Positions 54,861 to 64,000 of a stretch of 64,000 nucleotides of DNA are shown in pieces. Both the position numbers and the translations under genes were made by a program. This stretch comes from a virus (lineage: Duplodnaviria; Caudoviricetes), in IMG/VR virus record IMGVR_UViG_2910510430_000001, positions 19,888-83,887 of that record. One strand, written 5' to 3'. Position 1 is the first letter of the stretch; each line of letters starts with the position of its first letter. The notes beneath the pieces are model-generated. The model had not been told where the DNA came from and made no database searches. It was given only the letters and a program-made list of their open reading frames with translations.

Positions 54861-55505
54861 ATGGAGGATAATATGGACGCTGCTACCAAGACCCTGCGTT
54901 CCGTCCCGCTTGATCGGGACGGGACGCCGATCGACAAAAGCCTGCAGCCAAAGATGATGGTCGGGAATGTTGACGACGCCGTCGCTCACCTCGACGTCGT
55001 CGGCGGCACAGGCTTCAAGCCAACGGCCCCGAAGACGGAGACAGCCGTCAACGCGCCGGCAGTTGCGAAGCCGAAGGTGCGATACCTCGGCAACCGGCCG
55101 CTGACCAAGGCATATGACCTGGCTGTGCCGATGGAGTTCGACGGAGCCGAGTTCCGTCAGCTCACCGTCCGGCGTCTGAAGGGCGAGGACTTCCAGTCGT
55201 TCGCGTCGCTCATCCAGCAGGACGGCGTCTCCGAAACGGACGCCATCCTCTCGCTGATGACGGACACGCCCGTCGAAGTGATCACAGCTCTGGATCTCGA
55301 AGATCGCCTTGAGCTGACGGTGACCGCTCGCCCTTTCATGCCCCGCCGATTCCAGATGATGTTCCCGGAAATGCCGTCTCTGGAGAACCTGCAGGAAGAG
55401 ACGGCGGGGACGCCGGACTCGTCCGCGAATGCTGGGCCGACCTCTTCGACGACGGAGAGCTCCGAGCCGACTTCGCAGACTGGCCCGATTTCGCAGGCAT
55501 CGTAG
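54861..55505 (+). CDS. Tail assembly chaperone (gpE-like)
   Basis: EFDGAEFRQLTVRRLKGED, ALDLED; position before the tape measure gene. Confidence 0.75.
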   Translation: MEDNMDAATKTLRSVPLDRDGTPIDKSLQPKMMVGNVDDAVAHLDVVGGTGFKPTAPKTETAVNAPAVAKPKVRYLGNRPLTKAYDLAVPMEFDGAEFRQLTVRRLKGEDFQSFASLIQQDGVSETDAILSLMTDTPVEVITALDLEDRLELTVTARPFMPRRFQMMFPEMPSLENLQEETAGTPDSSANAGPTSSTTESSEPTSQTGPISQAS

Positions 55506-55666
55506 CCTACGCCTTCGGTTGGCCACCGAGCGAGATCGAGCGGATGGATTTCCATACGCTCGTGACGCTCTGGTATCCGCGCGCCGCTGCGATCATCCGA
55601 CAGATCGAAACCCAAAGGGTCACCGGCACGGTGGCCGGCATCGCGGAGTTGCTCGGTGGCAAGTAA
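55331..55666 (+). CDS. gpE'-like extension in the -1 frame (frameshift product)
   Basis: -1 frame open 55313-55666 encodes AFGWPPSEIERMDFHTL; C CCT TTC heptamer at 55331. Confidence 0.65.
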   Translation, partial: PFHAPPIPDDVPGNAVSGEPAGRDGGDAGLVRECWADLFDDGELRADFADWPDFAGIVAYAFGWPPSEIERMDFHTLVTLWYPRAAAIIRQIETQRVTGTVAGIAELLGGK

Positions 55667-58397
55667 AGAAGCCCGGCTCATCATGCGCCTGGTCGATCAC
55701 GTCACGGGGCCGGGCAAGACAATTGCCCGGTCTCTTGGTGTGGTGGATAAGGCGGTTCGTGGTTTTGGGACCGGTGCAATGGCGCCGTCCCGTGCCCTTG
55801 GCGGCATGGCGCGCAGCGCTCGCCGCGCGACGGCTGACGTCGCCGGTCTTTCGGCCAGCCTCAGCTTTGGCATCGGCGCCGGTGCCAAGCAGTATTTCGA
55901 ATACGTGAAGGAAGGGAACACGATCGAGGCGGTTGCGATGGCGACCGCCGAGCAGCGCCTGGCGATGGAGCAGTATGCGCAGCTTCTGAACAAGGAGTTC
56001 CCTGCGTCGAACACCCAGATCCTTGGCGGCATGCGCGAGCTGGCTCGCGCTGGCATGGACGTCCAGCAGATCATGGGCGGTATCCGCGAGACCTTGAACT
56101 TCTCGCTCGCTGGCGACTTCCCGATTGCGGAGTCCGGCGACTTCCTGACCAACATGCTCTCCGCCTTCCGCCTGCCGAAGGATACCGAGCAGCAGGTCAA
56201 CGACAGCATGAAGCGTGTGTCGGACACGATCGCCTGGGCGGCGAACAAGTCGAACGCTGACGTGCAGGATCTGGCCGTCTCGATGCGCTACGTCGCGCCG
56301 CTCGGCCCGGTGACGAACCAGTCGATCGAGGAAATGGCCTCGATGCTGATGGTCCTCGCCGACAACGGCATCAAGGCATCGAACGCCGGCACCGGTATTC
56401 GTTGGGCTCTCATGTCGCTGATCAGCCCGACCGAAGGCGCGCTTCAGGCCTTCGAGAAGATGAACATCAACCTCAGCGACTTCATCACGGGCGCGAAGAA
56501 GATCGACGCCCAGACGCTGATCAAGAACCTCGCCCTCGACGGCATCGATGCGAGCGGGATGGAAGATTCCATCCAGCGCATCCTCGATGACCCGCGGATC
56601 AAGCTCTCGCCGGCCAAGCTGGCCGCCACGATCACCGACCAGCTTGGCGACGAGCTGTCGGGCGAGGGCGGGCTGATCGACCGGGAAGTCCTGCTGCGGT
56701 CCCTGAACGAGAACCTCTCGCTGCTGGGCACCGAGGTCGACTTCCTTGGCTTGCTCGACAAGCTCCGCGATACGCCGGGCGCCGAAGCCTTCTTCGGTGA
56801 CATCTTCGGCAAGCGCCATGCCGTGAAGATCATGGCGGCGCTGGCCGGCGACGTGAACGGCGTCCTCGCCACGCTCCTCAAGAACTACGAGGGCGCAGCT
56901 GATCGCATGAGCCGGGTGCGCCTCAAGGGCATCGTCGGCGCATGGTACGAACTGACGGCTGCGGTCGAAAACGCAGTGGTCGCGTTCGGCGATTCTGGCC
57001 TGGCTGCCGATGCCATTCGGTTCTTCGCCGAAATGGCGAACGGCCTGCAGGCGGTGGCCAAAGCCAGCCCGGATCTCCTGCGTCTTGCCGGCTACGGCGT
57101 CCTGGCGCTCGCAGTGCTCGGGCCGCTCGGCTTGGCCGCCGGCGGCGCGGCAGCAGCGCTGGCGCTGATGGTCAATCCGCTGGCGCTCATCGTCGGCAGC
57201 CTGTCCGCCCTCGTCGCTCTGAACTTCAGCGCGGTGAAGGACTTCATGTCGGTGTTCGGCAAGTCGTTCGCTGTGGGCTTGTCCCCGGAGATCGTCACTC
57301 GCGTCCAGGCTCTGAAGGATGCGGTGAAAGACTTCTTCTCGATCGATTGGGGTGCTGGTGATCGGGCCGATGCCGTTGGGCAGCTTGCTCGCAACATGGG
57401 TCTCGGTCTGGCGGAAGGCGTGAACACTGCCTGGGCGGCGATCGGTCGGCTTGAAGAGATCGGGGAGAAGATCCGCGCTTTCGCAGAAGGGGCGTGGACC
57501 CAGCGGTCTCCGCAAGTTCGGCAGGCCCTCGACGACATCAAGGCAGGCCTCCGCGGCTTCGTCGTTCCGAAGATCGAAGCCATCCGTGCGATGGCGACGA
57601 CGATCGGCGACTTCATGGAGCGGGTCGGGCCATATGCTGATGGGTCGTCGGGCCTGCGGACGCTGTCGAGCGCGGTCGGCCTGTTGGCTGCAGCGTTCGA
57701 GCGGATCGGCAGCTTGACCGGATCGGCGATCACTGGTGCGGCCAACTTCATCAACTCGTTCTTTCAGAACGTGGATGACGCGACGATCGCGGTGATCGCG
57801 AACAGCCTTGCCGGTTCGTTCAACCTCGTGTCCCGGGCTTTCGAGGGGCTGGCGTCGGCCATCCGTATCGACGTGGCTTGGCCGAATGGCTGGGTCGAGG
57901 CTGGGCGAGCTTTCGCCGACGGCCTCGATGCCCTCGTGCAGCGCTTGGTTGGTATTGCCGGCGCCCTTGCCGGTGCTGCTGCGCAGATCCGCTCGGCGCT
58001 CGGCGGCCTCGCCGGGCAGAGCGCGCTCCTCGGTGGCGCCAACTCTTCCCCGGTGCCGATCGGCAAGCCGGCGATTCTTGGCAAGGGCGGGGGCGGCATG
58101 GCCGCCCCTGTCCCGATCGGCAAGCCGGCGTTGTTCGGCGGGAAGCGAGCCTCGGGCGGCGCAGCTCGCGCCGGCCTCGATTACCTCGTCGGTGAGAAGG
58201 GCCCGGAGATCGTCCACATGGGGCGCAACAGCTACGTCTCGCCGACCAGTCGGCTGGGCGGGGGCTCTCCGATCACCAACCACTTCCACATCAACTCGAC
58301 CAACCCCGCGGCGGCCGCAAACGAGATCGCCGGCATTCTGCAGCGGCAGCTCAACCGCTCGACGCAGATCTCGCTCGAGGATCGTCCGGTCATTTAA
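55656..58397 (+). CDS. Tape measure protein (TP901 family)
   Basis: ELARAG, AANKSNAD, NGIKASNAGT; C-terminal YLVGEKGPEIV. Confidence 0.93.
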   Translation: MASKEARLIMRLVDHVTGPGKTIARSLGVVDKAVRGFGTGAMAPSRALGGMARSARRATADVAGLSASLSFGIGAGAKQYFEYVKEGNTIEAVAMATAEQRLAMEQYAQLLNKEFPASNTQILGGMRELARAGMDVQQIMGGIRETLNFSLAGDFPIAESGDFLTNMLSAFRLPKDTEQQVNDSMKRVSDTIAWAANKSNADVQDLAVSMRYVAPLGPVTNQSIEEMASMLMVLADNGIKASNAGTGIRWALMSLISPTEGALQAFEKMNINLSDFITGAKKIDAQTLIKNLALDGIDASGMEDSIQRILDDPRIKLSPAKLAATITDQLGDELSGEGGLIDREVLLRSLNENLSLLGTEVDFLGLLDKLRDTPGAEAFFGDIFGKRHAVKIMAALAGDVNGVLATLLKNYEGAADRMSRVRLKGIVGAWYELTAAVENAVVAFGDSGLAADAIRFFAEMANGLQAVAKASPDLLRLAGYGVLALAVLGPLGLAAGGAAAALALMVNPLALIVGSLSALVALNFSAVKDFMSVFGKSFAVGLSPEIVTRVQALKDAVKDFFSIDWGAGDRADAVGQLARNMGLGLAEGVNTAWAAIGRLEEIGEKIRAFAEGAWTQRSPQVRQALDDIKAGLRGFVVPKIEAIRAMATTIGDFMERVGPYADGSSGLRTLSSAVGLLAAAFERIGSLTGSAITGAANFINSFFQNVDDATIAVIANSLAGSFNLVSRAFEGLASAIRIDVAWPNGWVEAGRAFADGLDALVQRLVGIAGALAGAAAQIRSALGGLAGQSALLGGANSSPVPIGKPAILGKGGGGMAAPVPIGKPALFGGKRASGGAARAGLDYLVGEKGPEIVHMGRNSYVSPTSRLGGGSPITNHFHINSTNPAAAANEIAGILQRQLNRSTQISLEDRPVI

Positions 58398-58409
58398 GGA
58401 GCTTCGCCC

Positions 58410-58811
58410 ATGCTGATGGCACTCGGCCCGTTCCGCTTTACCGTCCCGACGTTCACGGTCGACACGCGCGATCGTTCGACGTCGGGGCGGATCGCCCATT
58501 CGGAGGTGATCGGCGCAGATCAGCCGACGCACCTCCTCGGGCCCGGCCCGTCGACCATCACGCTCAGCACCACGTTCCACCCGATGCACCTCAACCGCGC
58601 GGGTGGGGCGATGCTGGAGGCGGTCCGCCTCGCCTGCGCCATGCAGACGCCACTCACGTTCGTCAGCATCCTGGGGGCCATCTTCGGCCGCTGGATCATC
58701 GAGAGTGTCGATAGCGGCGAAACGCAGTATGCCCCGAACGGGCAGCCGCAGACCGTGACGGCGACGATCAAGCTCACACGGTATGTCGGGCGGGCCGGTG
58801 GTGCGCGCTGA
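58410..58811 (+). CDS. P2 gpU-like tail protein
   Basis: MLMALGPFRF, LGPGPSTITL, GRWIIESV. Confidence 0.9.
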   Translation: MLMALGPFRFTVPTFTVDTRDRSTSGRIAHSEVIGADQPTHLLGPGPSTITLSTTFHPMHLNRAGGAMLEAVRLACAMQTPLTFVSILGAIFGRWIIESVDSGETQYAPNGQPQTVTATIKLTRYVGRAGGAR

Positions 58812-59872
58812 TGCCCAAGCCCTTCTTCCAGATCATGCAGGGCGAGACTGACGTCACCGCTCGCGTCGGCCAGGGAAATATCTCCCTGACGATCACAGAC
58901 GGGGTCGGCGAGAACGCCGATACCATTCAGTTCACCATCGACGATCAGAACGGCATCATCGCGCCGCCTGAGACAGGCGTCGAGATTCGGGTGCTCGCCG
59001 GCTACGTCGACGACTACCGTGACTTCGGGCTCTTCACTGTCGATTCCGTGGATCTCAAGGGCTGGCCCCAGGAGATCAGCGTCACCGGCCAGTCGGTCGG
59101 GGCGAAGACGGCCGCCAAGGAAAAGCGGAAGGCGAGCTACAAGAAGGACGAGTTCCCCACCTACGGCAAGGTCTTCGAGACCCTTGCCGGGCGGAACAGC
59201 CTGTCCCTCACGATGGCCAACGACCTCAAGTCGAAGGCCCTCAAGTTCGAGGCGCAGTCCGAGGAGAGCGACCTCGCGTTTGCGACGCGCCTCGGCAAGA
59301 AGATCGGCGCTTCGGTCACCGTCAAGAACAAGAACCTGGTCGTCGTCTCGCGCGGCGCCGGCAAGTCCGCAAGCGGCCAGCGTCTGCCGGTGATCTACGT
59401 GATCGGCGACGTGAACGTGAAGAGCTACACCGTCTCGCTGAAGGACAAGCCGAAGCACAAGACGGTCAAGGCAACGTGGTTCGACCGGGACGAAGCGAAG
59501 ACCAAGGAGCTGGAGGAAGAGTCCTTTGGCGAGGGCCCCGTCTTCCTCCTCCGTGAGCCGTTCCCCTCTGAGGAGGACGCCAAGGAAGCGGCGAAGGCAA
59601 AGGCCGAGGATCTCAAGCGAGGCATCGGCACCGCGTCATTCGAGATCGACGGCAATCCCTACGCCATGGCTGAGGCGGACGTCGAAGCCTACGGCATCCG
59701 ATCGCTCGTTGATGGGACGTGGCGGGCGCAGACGGTGACCCACACCTTCAGCGGCAGCGCCGCCTATTCCGTGACGGTCGCGTGTGAATCCCCCGAAGCC
59801 GGGCCGACGAGCACTCAGCCGAAGCTCCCGGCGCTCAGCACGGTGCCGATCCCGACTCCGAGACCAGGATAA
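58811..59872 (+). CDS. P2 gpD-like baseplate hub protein
   Basis: ITDGVGENAD, FGLFTVD, QSEESDLAFATRL. Confidence 0.9.
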   Translation: MPKPFFQIMQGETDVTARVGQGNISLTITDGVGENADTIQFTIDDQNGIIAPPETGVEIRVLAGYVDDYRDFGLFTVDSVDLKGWPQEISVTGQSVGAKTAAKEKRKASYKKDEFPTYGKVFETLAGRNSLSLTMANDLKSKALKFEAQSEESDLAFATRLGKKIGASVTVKNKNLVVVSRGAGKSASGQRLPVIYVIGDVNVKSYTVSLKDKPKHKTVKATWFDRDEAKTKELEEESFGEGPVFLLREPFPSEEDAKEAAKAKAEDLKRGIGTASFEIDGNPYAMAEADVEAYGIRSLVDGTWRAQTVTHTFSGSAAYSVTVACESPEAGPTSTQPKLPALSTVPIPTPRPG

Positions 59873-59877
59873 CCACC

Positions 59878-60114
59878 ATGAAGGTCACCTACCGCGACGA
59901 CGGCGTTGCCGAGTATCGATCGATGCAGGGCGAGGCGCTCGATGCAATCGCCTTCCGCCACTACGGCACGCATGAGGACACCACCGAGCTGCTACTTGAC
60001 GCCAACCGCGGGATCTCCAGTCTCGGCCTGGTGCTGCCGCTCGATACGGTTGTGGTGCTGCCACCTCTGCCGGTGCAGCCGAAACCTCGCTCTGTGATCA
60101 GTCTCTGGGATTGA
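59878..60114 (+). CDS. P2 gpX-like tail protein
   Basis: YRSMQGEALDAIAFRHYG, LLDANRG, ISLWD. Confidence 0.9.
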   Translation: MKVTYRDDGVAEYRSMQGEALDAIAFRHYGTHEDTTELLLDANRGISSLGLVLPLDTVVVLPPLPVQPKPRSVISLWD

Positions 60115-60165
60115 TCTGAGCGCAGCCCGCCCTGCCGCGAGGCCAATCTCAAATCGGAGGTCATC

Positions 60166-61245
60166 ATGTTCACGCAAGCCGAGAGGCGGGCGGTCGGGGA
60201 AGCTGCGCGTGCTGAGGGCATTGGCCCAGAGGCGCACGTCCTTGCCGTCACGCAAGTTGAGAGCGCCGGGGTGATCTTCGCCCAGGTGGATGGGCGCGAC
60301 GAGCCGCTCATCCGCTTCGAAGGGCATATCTTCTACCGCCGCCTGAAGGGCGGACAGCGGGACCGCGCTGTCGCCGAGCGTGTCGCGCACCCGAAGGCGT
60401 TGCGGGTGAAGAACCCCCGCTCACAGACAGGGCGCTGGAAGCTCCTCGCCCTGGCGATGCGGATCAACTCCGAGGCCGCTCTTGAGTCGTGCAGCTGGGG
60501 CGTCGGTCAGGTGATGGGCTTCCACTGGCGCTCGCTCGGCTATGCCAGCGTGCACGAGCTGGTGGACGTTGCCCGGTCCGGTCTGCGCGGCCAGGTCGAG
60601 CTGATGCTCCGGTTCATCAAGGTGAACCACCTCGACGACGAGCTCGAAGCTGGGCAGTGGGACCCCTTCGCCCGCGGCTACAACGGCCCCGCCTACCGCA
60701 AGAATCGGTACGCCCAGAAGATGCGGGCGGCTGCTGCAATGTTCGGCGGCCGTATCGTCGTCTCGGACGGCATGCTGCGGATGGGGTCGAAGGGTGCCCG
60801 CGTGCGCGAGCTGCAGGCGCTCCTCCTTCGCGCCGGCCATGCCGTCGGCGTCGACGGCGACTTCGGCCCGGCGACCAAGGCCGCGCTTGTCGCTTTCCAG
60901 AAGGCAGCCGGGCTCACGCCCGACGGCGTCTACGGACCGAAGACCGAAGCTGCGCTTGGCGAGCACCGGCAGTCTGCCGACGACAAGCCTGGCAAGCAGG
61001 CGGTCACCGAGATCGAGGAAGTGCAGAAGGGTGCCGGCGCTGCCGTCGCCGGCACGCTCACGATCGAGGTGGTCAAGTCCACTCTCGACCAGGCGGCCGA
61101 GCAGATCTCTGGCGCCGGCATTGCCTCGCCGGTGATCGATCTCATCGTGTCTGGGCTGACGATCGCCTCGGCCGTCATCGCAGTCGGAGGCGTCGCCTAT
61201 GCGGCTTGGGGGTTCATCAAGTCGAAGCGGACGGTGGAAGCATGA
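60166..61245 (+). CDS. Endolysin: N-acetylmuramidase (DUF3380) plus PG-binding domain and hydrophobic C-terminus
   Basis: VESAG, IRFEGHIF, SWGVGQVMGF, RGYNGPAY, VDGDFGPAT. Confidence 0.92.
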   Translation: MFTQAERRAVGEAARAEGIGPEAHVLAVTQVESAGVIFAQVDGRDEPLIRFEGHIFYRRLKGGQRDRAVAERVAHPKALRVKNPRSQTGRWKLLALAMRINSEAALESCSWGVGQVMGFHWRSLGYASVHELVDVARSGLRGQVELMLRFIKVNHLDDELEAGQWDPFARGYNGPAYRKNRYAQKMRAAAAMFGGRIVVSDGMLRMGSKGARVRELQALLLRAGHAVGVDGDFGPATKAALVAFQKAAGLTPDGVYGPKTEAALGEHRQSADDKPGKQAVTEIEEVQKGAGAAVAGTLTIEVVKSTLDQAAEQISGAGIASPVIDLIVSGLTIASAVIAVGGVAYAAWGFIKSKRTVEA

Positions 61246-61505
61246 GCCCGACCCTCAAAGAGCGCGACGAGAGCATGGACGTTTATGCTCTCCAGATTGT
61301 TCTCGGCGCCCTCGGCTACTGCACCTCGATGGACGGCACCTACGGTCGGATGACGACCAACGCGGTGTCGCACTTCCAAGAGAAGCACAAGCTGCCGATG
61401 ACGGGAGAGGCCGACTCGCGGACCGCGCGACGGATCAAGCTCGAGATCCAGGAGCGAGGCCGGCGCCTGCGGAGCGCCGCCTTGGCGGCCGGGCAGGTGG
61501 CGTGA
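61242..61505 (+). CDS. Stand-alone peptidoglycan-binding-domain protein
   Basis: LQIVLGALGY...DGTYGRMTTNAVSHFQEKHKL...GEAD. Confidence 0.75.
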   Translation: MSPTLKERDESMDVYALQIVLGALGYCTSMDGTYGRMTTNAVSHFQEKHKLPMTGEADSRTARRIKLEIQERGRRLRSAALAAGQVA

Positions 61506-61750
61506 TGTTTGGCCTCTCAACCTTTCAGCTGGTGAGCGGCGCTGCGCTGGCGGCGTTCATCGCTGGCGGCGCTGCCTACGTCATCCACCAGGCCAACGAA
61601 GCCGGGCGCCATTCTGAGCGCACAACCGTCAACGACAGAAACAGGAGCGCTGGTGATGCCGGTGAAGATGCTCGCCTTGATCGTGCTGCTTGCGTCGCTA
61701 TCGGGCTGCGCTGGGACTTTGTCGCCAGCGAGTGTGTCCGCGACCCCTGA
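61505..61750 (+). CDS. Rz-like inner-membrane spanin
   Basis: N-terminal TM; overlaps a lipoprotein gene. Confidence 0.65.
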   Translation: MFGLSTFQLVSGAALAAFIAGGAAYVIHQANEAGRHSERTTVNDRNRSAGDAGEDARLDRAACVAIGLRWDFVASECVRDP

Positions 61751-61901
61751 CCTGCGCCGTGCTCTTGGCACGGCATTGCCCGGCGCTCGCGGCGCTACGG
61801 CAGCGGACCAGAACGCGATCGATGACACGGTCGCCGGGGGCTGCCGCATCGGGCTCTACAAGCCGCAGGAATGCTCCCGGCATAATGAGGTGCCACGTTG
61901 A
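61653..61901 (+). CDS. Rz1-like outer-membrane lipoprotein spanin
   Basis: Lipobox LSGC. Confidence 0.75.
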   Translation: MMPVKMLALIVLLASLSGCAGTLSPASVSATPDLRRALGTALPGARGATAADQNAIDDTVAGGCRIGLYKPQECSRHNEVPR

Positions 61902-62350
61902 TCGTCTTCCGCATCTACAGAGGCGTCGCTGATCATTTTCCCATTCGCGTGTCCGAGTGGGTGATGGTCTGGCCAGCGATGGGCATGTGGGCCGCGCTTC
62001 AGGCGATGCCAGATATGTTCTCCGTCTCGCCGTCGTATGAGTATCTGGCGCGTTGGGCCAGCGAACAATCGTGGGCGTGGATCATCATGGCCTGCGGCAT
62101 GGTTCGGCTGGCCGCGCTGACCATCAACGGAACGTTCAAGGGCTTTGCCTTCTCGCCCCACATCCGGGCGGTGGCCTCGATCGTCGGCGTAGCAATCTGG
62201 TCGCAGATAAGTCTCGGGTTCCTCATGGCCTTCCTGACAGGCGGCGGCGCGCTTTCCGGCGTCATCGGCTGGTCAACGATGGTGCTGCTCGAAATCATGA
62301 ACACCTACCGCTCCTGGTCGGACGTGGGGAAGAATGCAGCGAGGCGGTGA
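61898..62350 (+). CDS. Multi-TM holin candidate
   Basis: 3-4 TM segments in the lysis cassette. Confidence 0.55.
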   Translation: MIVFRIYRGVADHFPIRVSEWVMVWPAMGMWAALQAMPDMFSVSPSYEYLARWASEQSWAWIIMACGMVRLAALTINGTFKGFAFSPHIRAVASIVGVAIWSQISLGFLMAFLTGGGALSGVIGWSTMVLLEIMNTYRSWSDVGKNAARR

Positions 62351-62352
62351 GG

Positions 62353-62703
62353 ATGGAATGGCTGGCAGGGATCGACCTGGAAAAACTCGCCAATGCCCTC
62401 GTGATCCTGATCGTTGGCCTTGCTGCAGGACTCGGGTTCAAGCGAGGCAGAAGCTCACCGGAGCCGACCAATCGTGCAGGACTTGAGGTGGCGACGGACT
62501 TCTTCGACAGCGAGGCGATCAAGAGACTGACTACTGAGGTAACGGGGCAGGCCTACGCGACGACTCAGTCCGCGATGGCTGGCAAGGAGCAGGCGGCTGC
62601 GGCTCGGGTGCTGGCGAAGGCGATCGACGACCACGCCCGCGCCGTCATCGACCACAAGGAAGAGGTCCAGGAACTTCGTCACGAGATGAGCCGACGCCGC
62701 TGA
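62353..62703 (+). CDS. Single-TM coiled-coil lysis-cassette protein
   Basis: MEWLAGIDLEKLANALVILIVGLAAG. Confidence 0.55.
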   Translation: MEWLAGIDLEKLANALVILIVGLAAGLGFKRGRSSPEPTNRAGLEVATDFFDSEAIKRLTTEVTGQAYATTQSAMAGKEQAAAARVLAKAIDDHARAVIDHKEEVQELRHEMSRRR

Positions 62704-62773
62704 CGAAGCGTCATTGCTCGGACCGTTTCATATCGCTACCACTACAGCTGCGCATCGTGAGTGCGTGCATACC

Positions 62774-62810
62774 GGCCCGGCTGCTCTTCGTGGGTGGCCG
62801 GGCCTTTTTT
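62774..62810 (+). terminator. Rho-independent terminator ending the late operon
   Basis: GGCCCGGCTGCTC-TTCGT-GGGTGGCCGGGCC followed by TTTTTT. Confidence 0.85.
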
Positions 62811-62899
62811 GCGTTTCAGCCGGCCGAACGTCACGCTGCCAATCGAGACGGAGGATTGGCGAGCGAAAAGTCTGGACGGCGGTTGAAGGCTGGGAGGCT

Positions 62900-63948
62900 T
62901 TAAAAATCGCTGGGTGATACAGAAGCATTGATCGATATGCGATTCAAAATGCGGCTGAATACGCTCTCCTTTGGGCGATATCGAACCGTACTTCGGAAGC
63001 TCCGACCGTCAGGGGTGACTTCAAATCCAAATTCGCCCTCGGCCACGTAACCAACCTCCTCGAGGGCGCTGATGATAGCCATAGGGTCTTGCTCGTCAAC
63101 GATTGTAGCGTGTCCAGGAATGTGTCCACTTTGATCTGTAAGCCGCACAGCAGCTTCCAGCCTGGCGCGATCGTTAACTCCTTGCTCTATCAGGCCTAGC
63201 CGAAGTTCATCCGCTGCGGGAAAGAAGTATTCAAACACGCCAAGTTTAAGCAACAGCTCCTTGGCATCTCGCACGTCTTCGGAACGGAGCATTTCCCACT
63301 CCGATGACTGGAGCTCGTAGAATGGGATAGGGCAGACGCCGTGTCTCCGATCGATTGCAAGCGTGTCCATCGTGAGAAGCGCATCGACCGAGATGAAGCC
63401 GCTACCTTGATCACGTCCAACCATCGCTAGGATATTCTGCCAATCTAAGAGCGCCAGTTGCTGGGTCACCGCCACCAGCTGACTCACAACCGGCGACGAG
63501 GTTTGCTGAAATGCCTCCATCATCGCCGCAAAACCGCCTCGCTCGAAGCGACTCATCGCTAGGCGCTGAGCGCGCTTTTGAACCTCCATCGGTCTTTTCG
63601 CTACCCGTTGGAAAGAGTCCACCACGCTTGGGACATCGATCCCGCTAGCACCAATTTTGTCGCGGAAATTTCTCGCCAAGAAGCCAAGGTCGATGCTGAG
63701 CGGCCGCGCCACTAACACCCTCGTGCCTGGCATGGTCGCCTGGACATCAACCTGCGTAAGGGCCGCGACCCTCGGATCCGGATCGACAGAAAAGAGAATG
63801 AGGCGCTTTCCGGGATCATCAACCGCTAACGCCGCGAATTGATGGTCAATCCCGCTCATCCCGCGTACCACCGGGTGTTCTCGAGCCTCGGCGCCCAAGG
63901 CGTGCGAGATATTTATCCAGAGTGGGTCAATTGACATAGGACTAATCA
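62900..63948 (-). CDS. Lower-GC moron of unknown function (start uncertain)
   Basis: Long ORF convergent on the late terminator; VRGMSGIDHQF. Confidence 0.7.
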
Positions 63949-64000
63949 TCCGTGGCAAGAGAGCGTAAGACCGAAACGCTTTGGGCAAGGTGGGTTTCAT

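Larger units (their letters stand above)
1..64000. mobile_element. Temperate phage / prophage with lambda-like head and P2-like contractile tail; boundaries lie outside the window
   Basis: Contiguous recombination, immunity, replication, packaging, head, tail and lysis modules; no host genes recognised. Confidence 0.97.

Noticed and set aside
44769-55505. T6SS, tailocin or eCIS (PAAR, sheath, tube)
   Set aside because: Linked to terminase, portal, capsid and tape measure genes, so it is a phage tail.
52697-58589. 746-aa and 989-aa minus-strand ORFs
   Set aside because: Antisense shadows of the sheath, tube and tape measure genes.
34361-62703. Gene transfer agent
   Set aside because: Contractile tail, lambda-type terminase and linked replication/immunity modules do not fit RcGTA.

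Overview
The whole window is one temperate myovirus-type phage genome (prophage, or circularly permuted contig) from a high-GC Alphaproteobacterium, probably Rhizobiales. No host housekeeping operon, integrase, tRNA, rRNA or CRISPR array was seen. Left to right: (1) a leftward recombination operon (HNH-like gene cut by the window edge, RecD/Dda-like helicase, ExoX, RecT, YqaJ); (2) a lambdoid cI/cro switch with five TTAGC-N7-GCTAA-type operators; (3) a rightward early/replication operon (GapR-like, Acb2/Tad1-like sponge, RuvC-like, MTase, HslV-like, primase-helicase, late regulator); (4) a ~15 kb leftward accessory array (17.9-32.3 kb: DUF4942-MTase, WYL, beta-clamp, VWA/MoxR/DUF3150-like, many small acidic proteins) in which 12 genes are preceded by a conserved, covarying double-hairpin module; (5) a ~2 kb non-coding control region with 11-bp-phased GTCC repeats, DnaA and IHF boxes and a cosQ-like site; (6) a lambda-like head with a class 3 intein in TerL; (7) a P2-like contractile tail; (8) a lysis cassette and a terminal moron. 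The best candidate for an undescribed system is the double-hairpin gene array next to the putative cos end. Family calls come from recognised motifs, not database searches, and GC-content statements are visual impressions.
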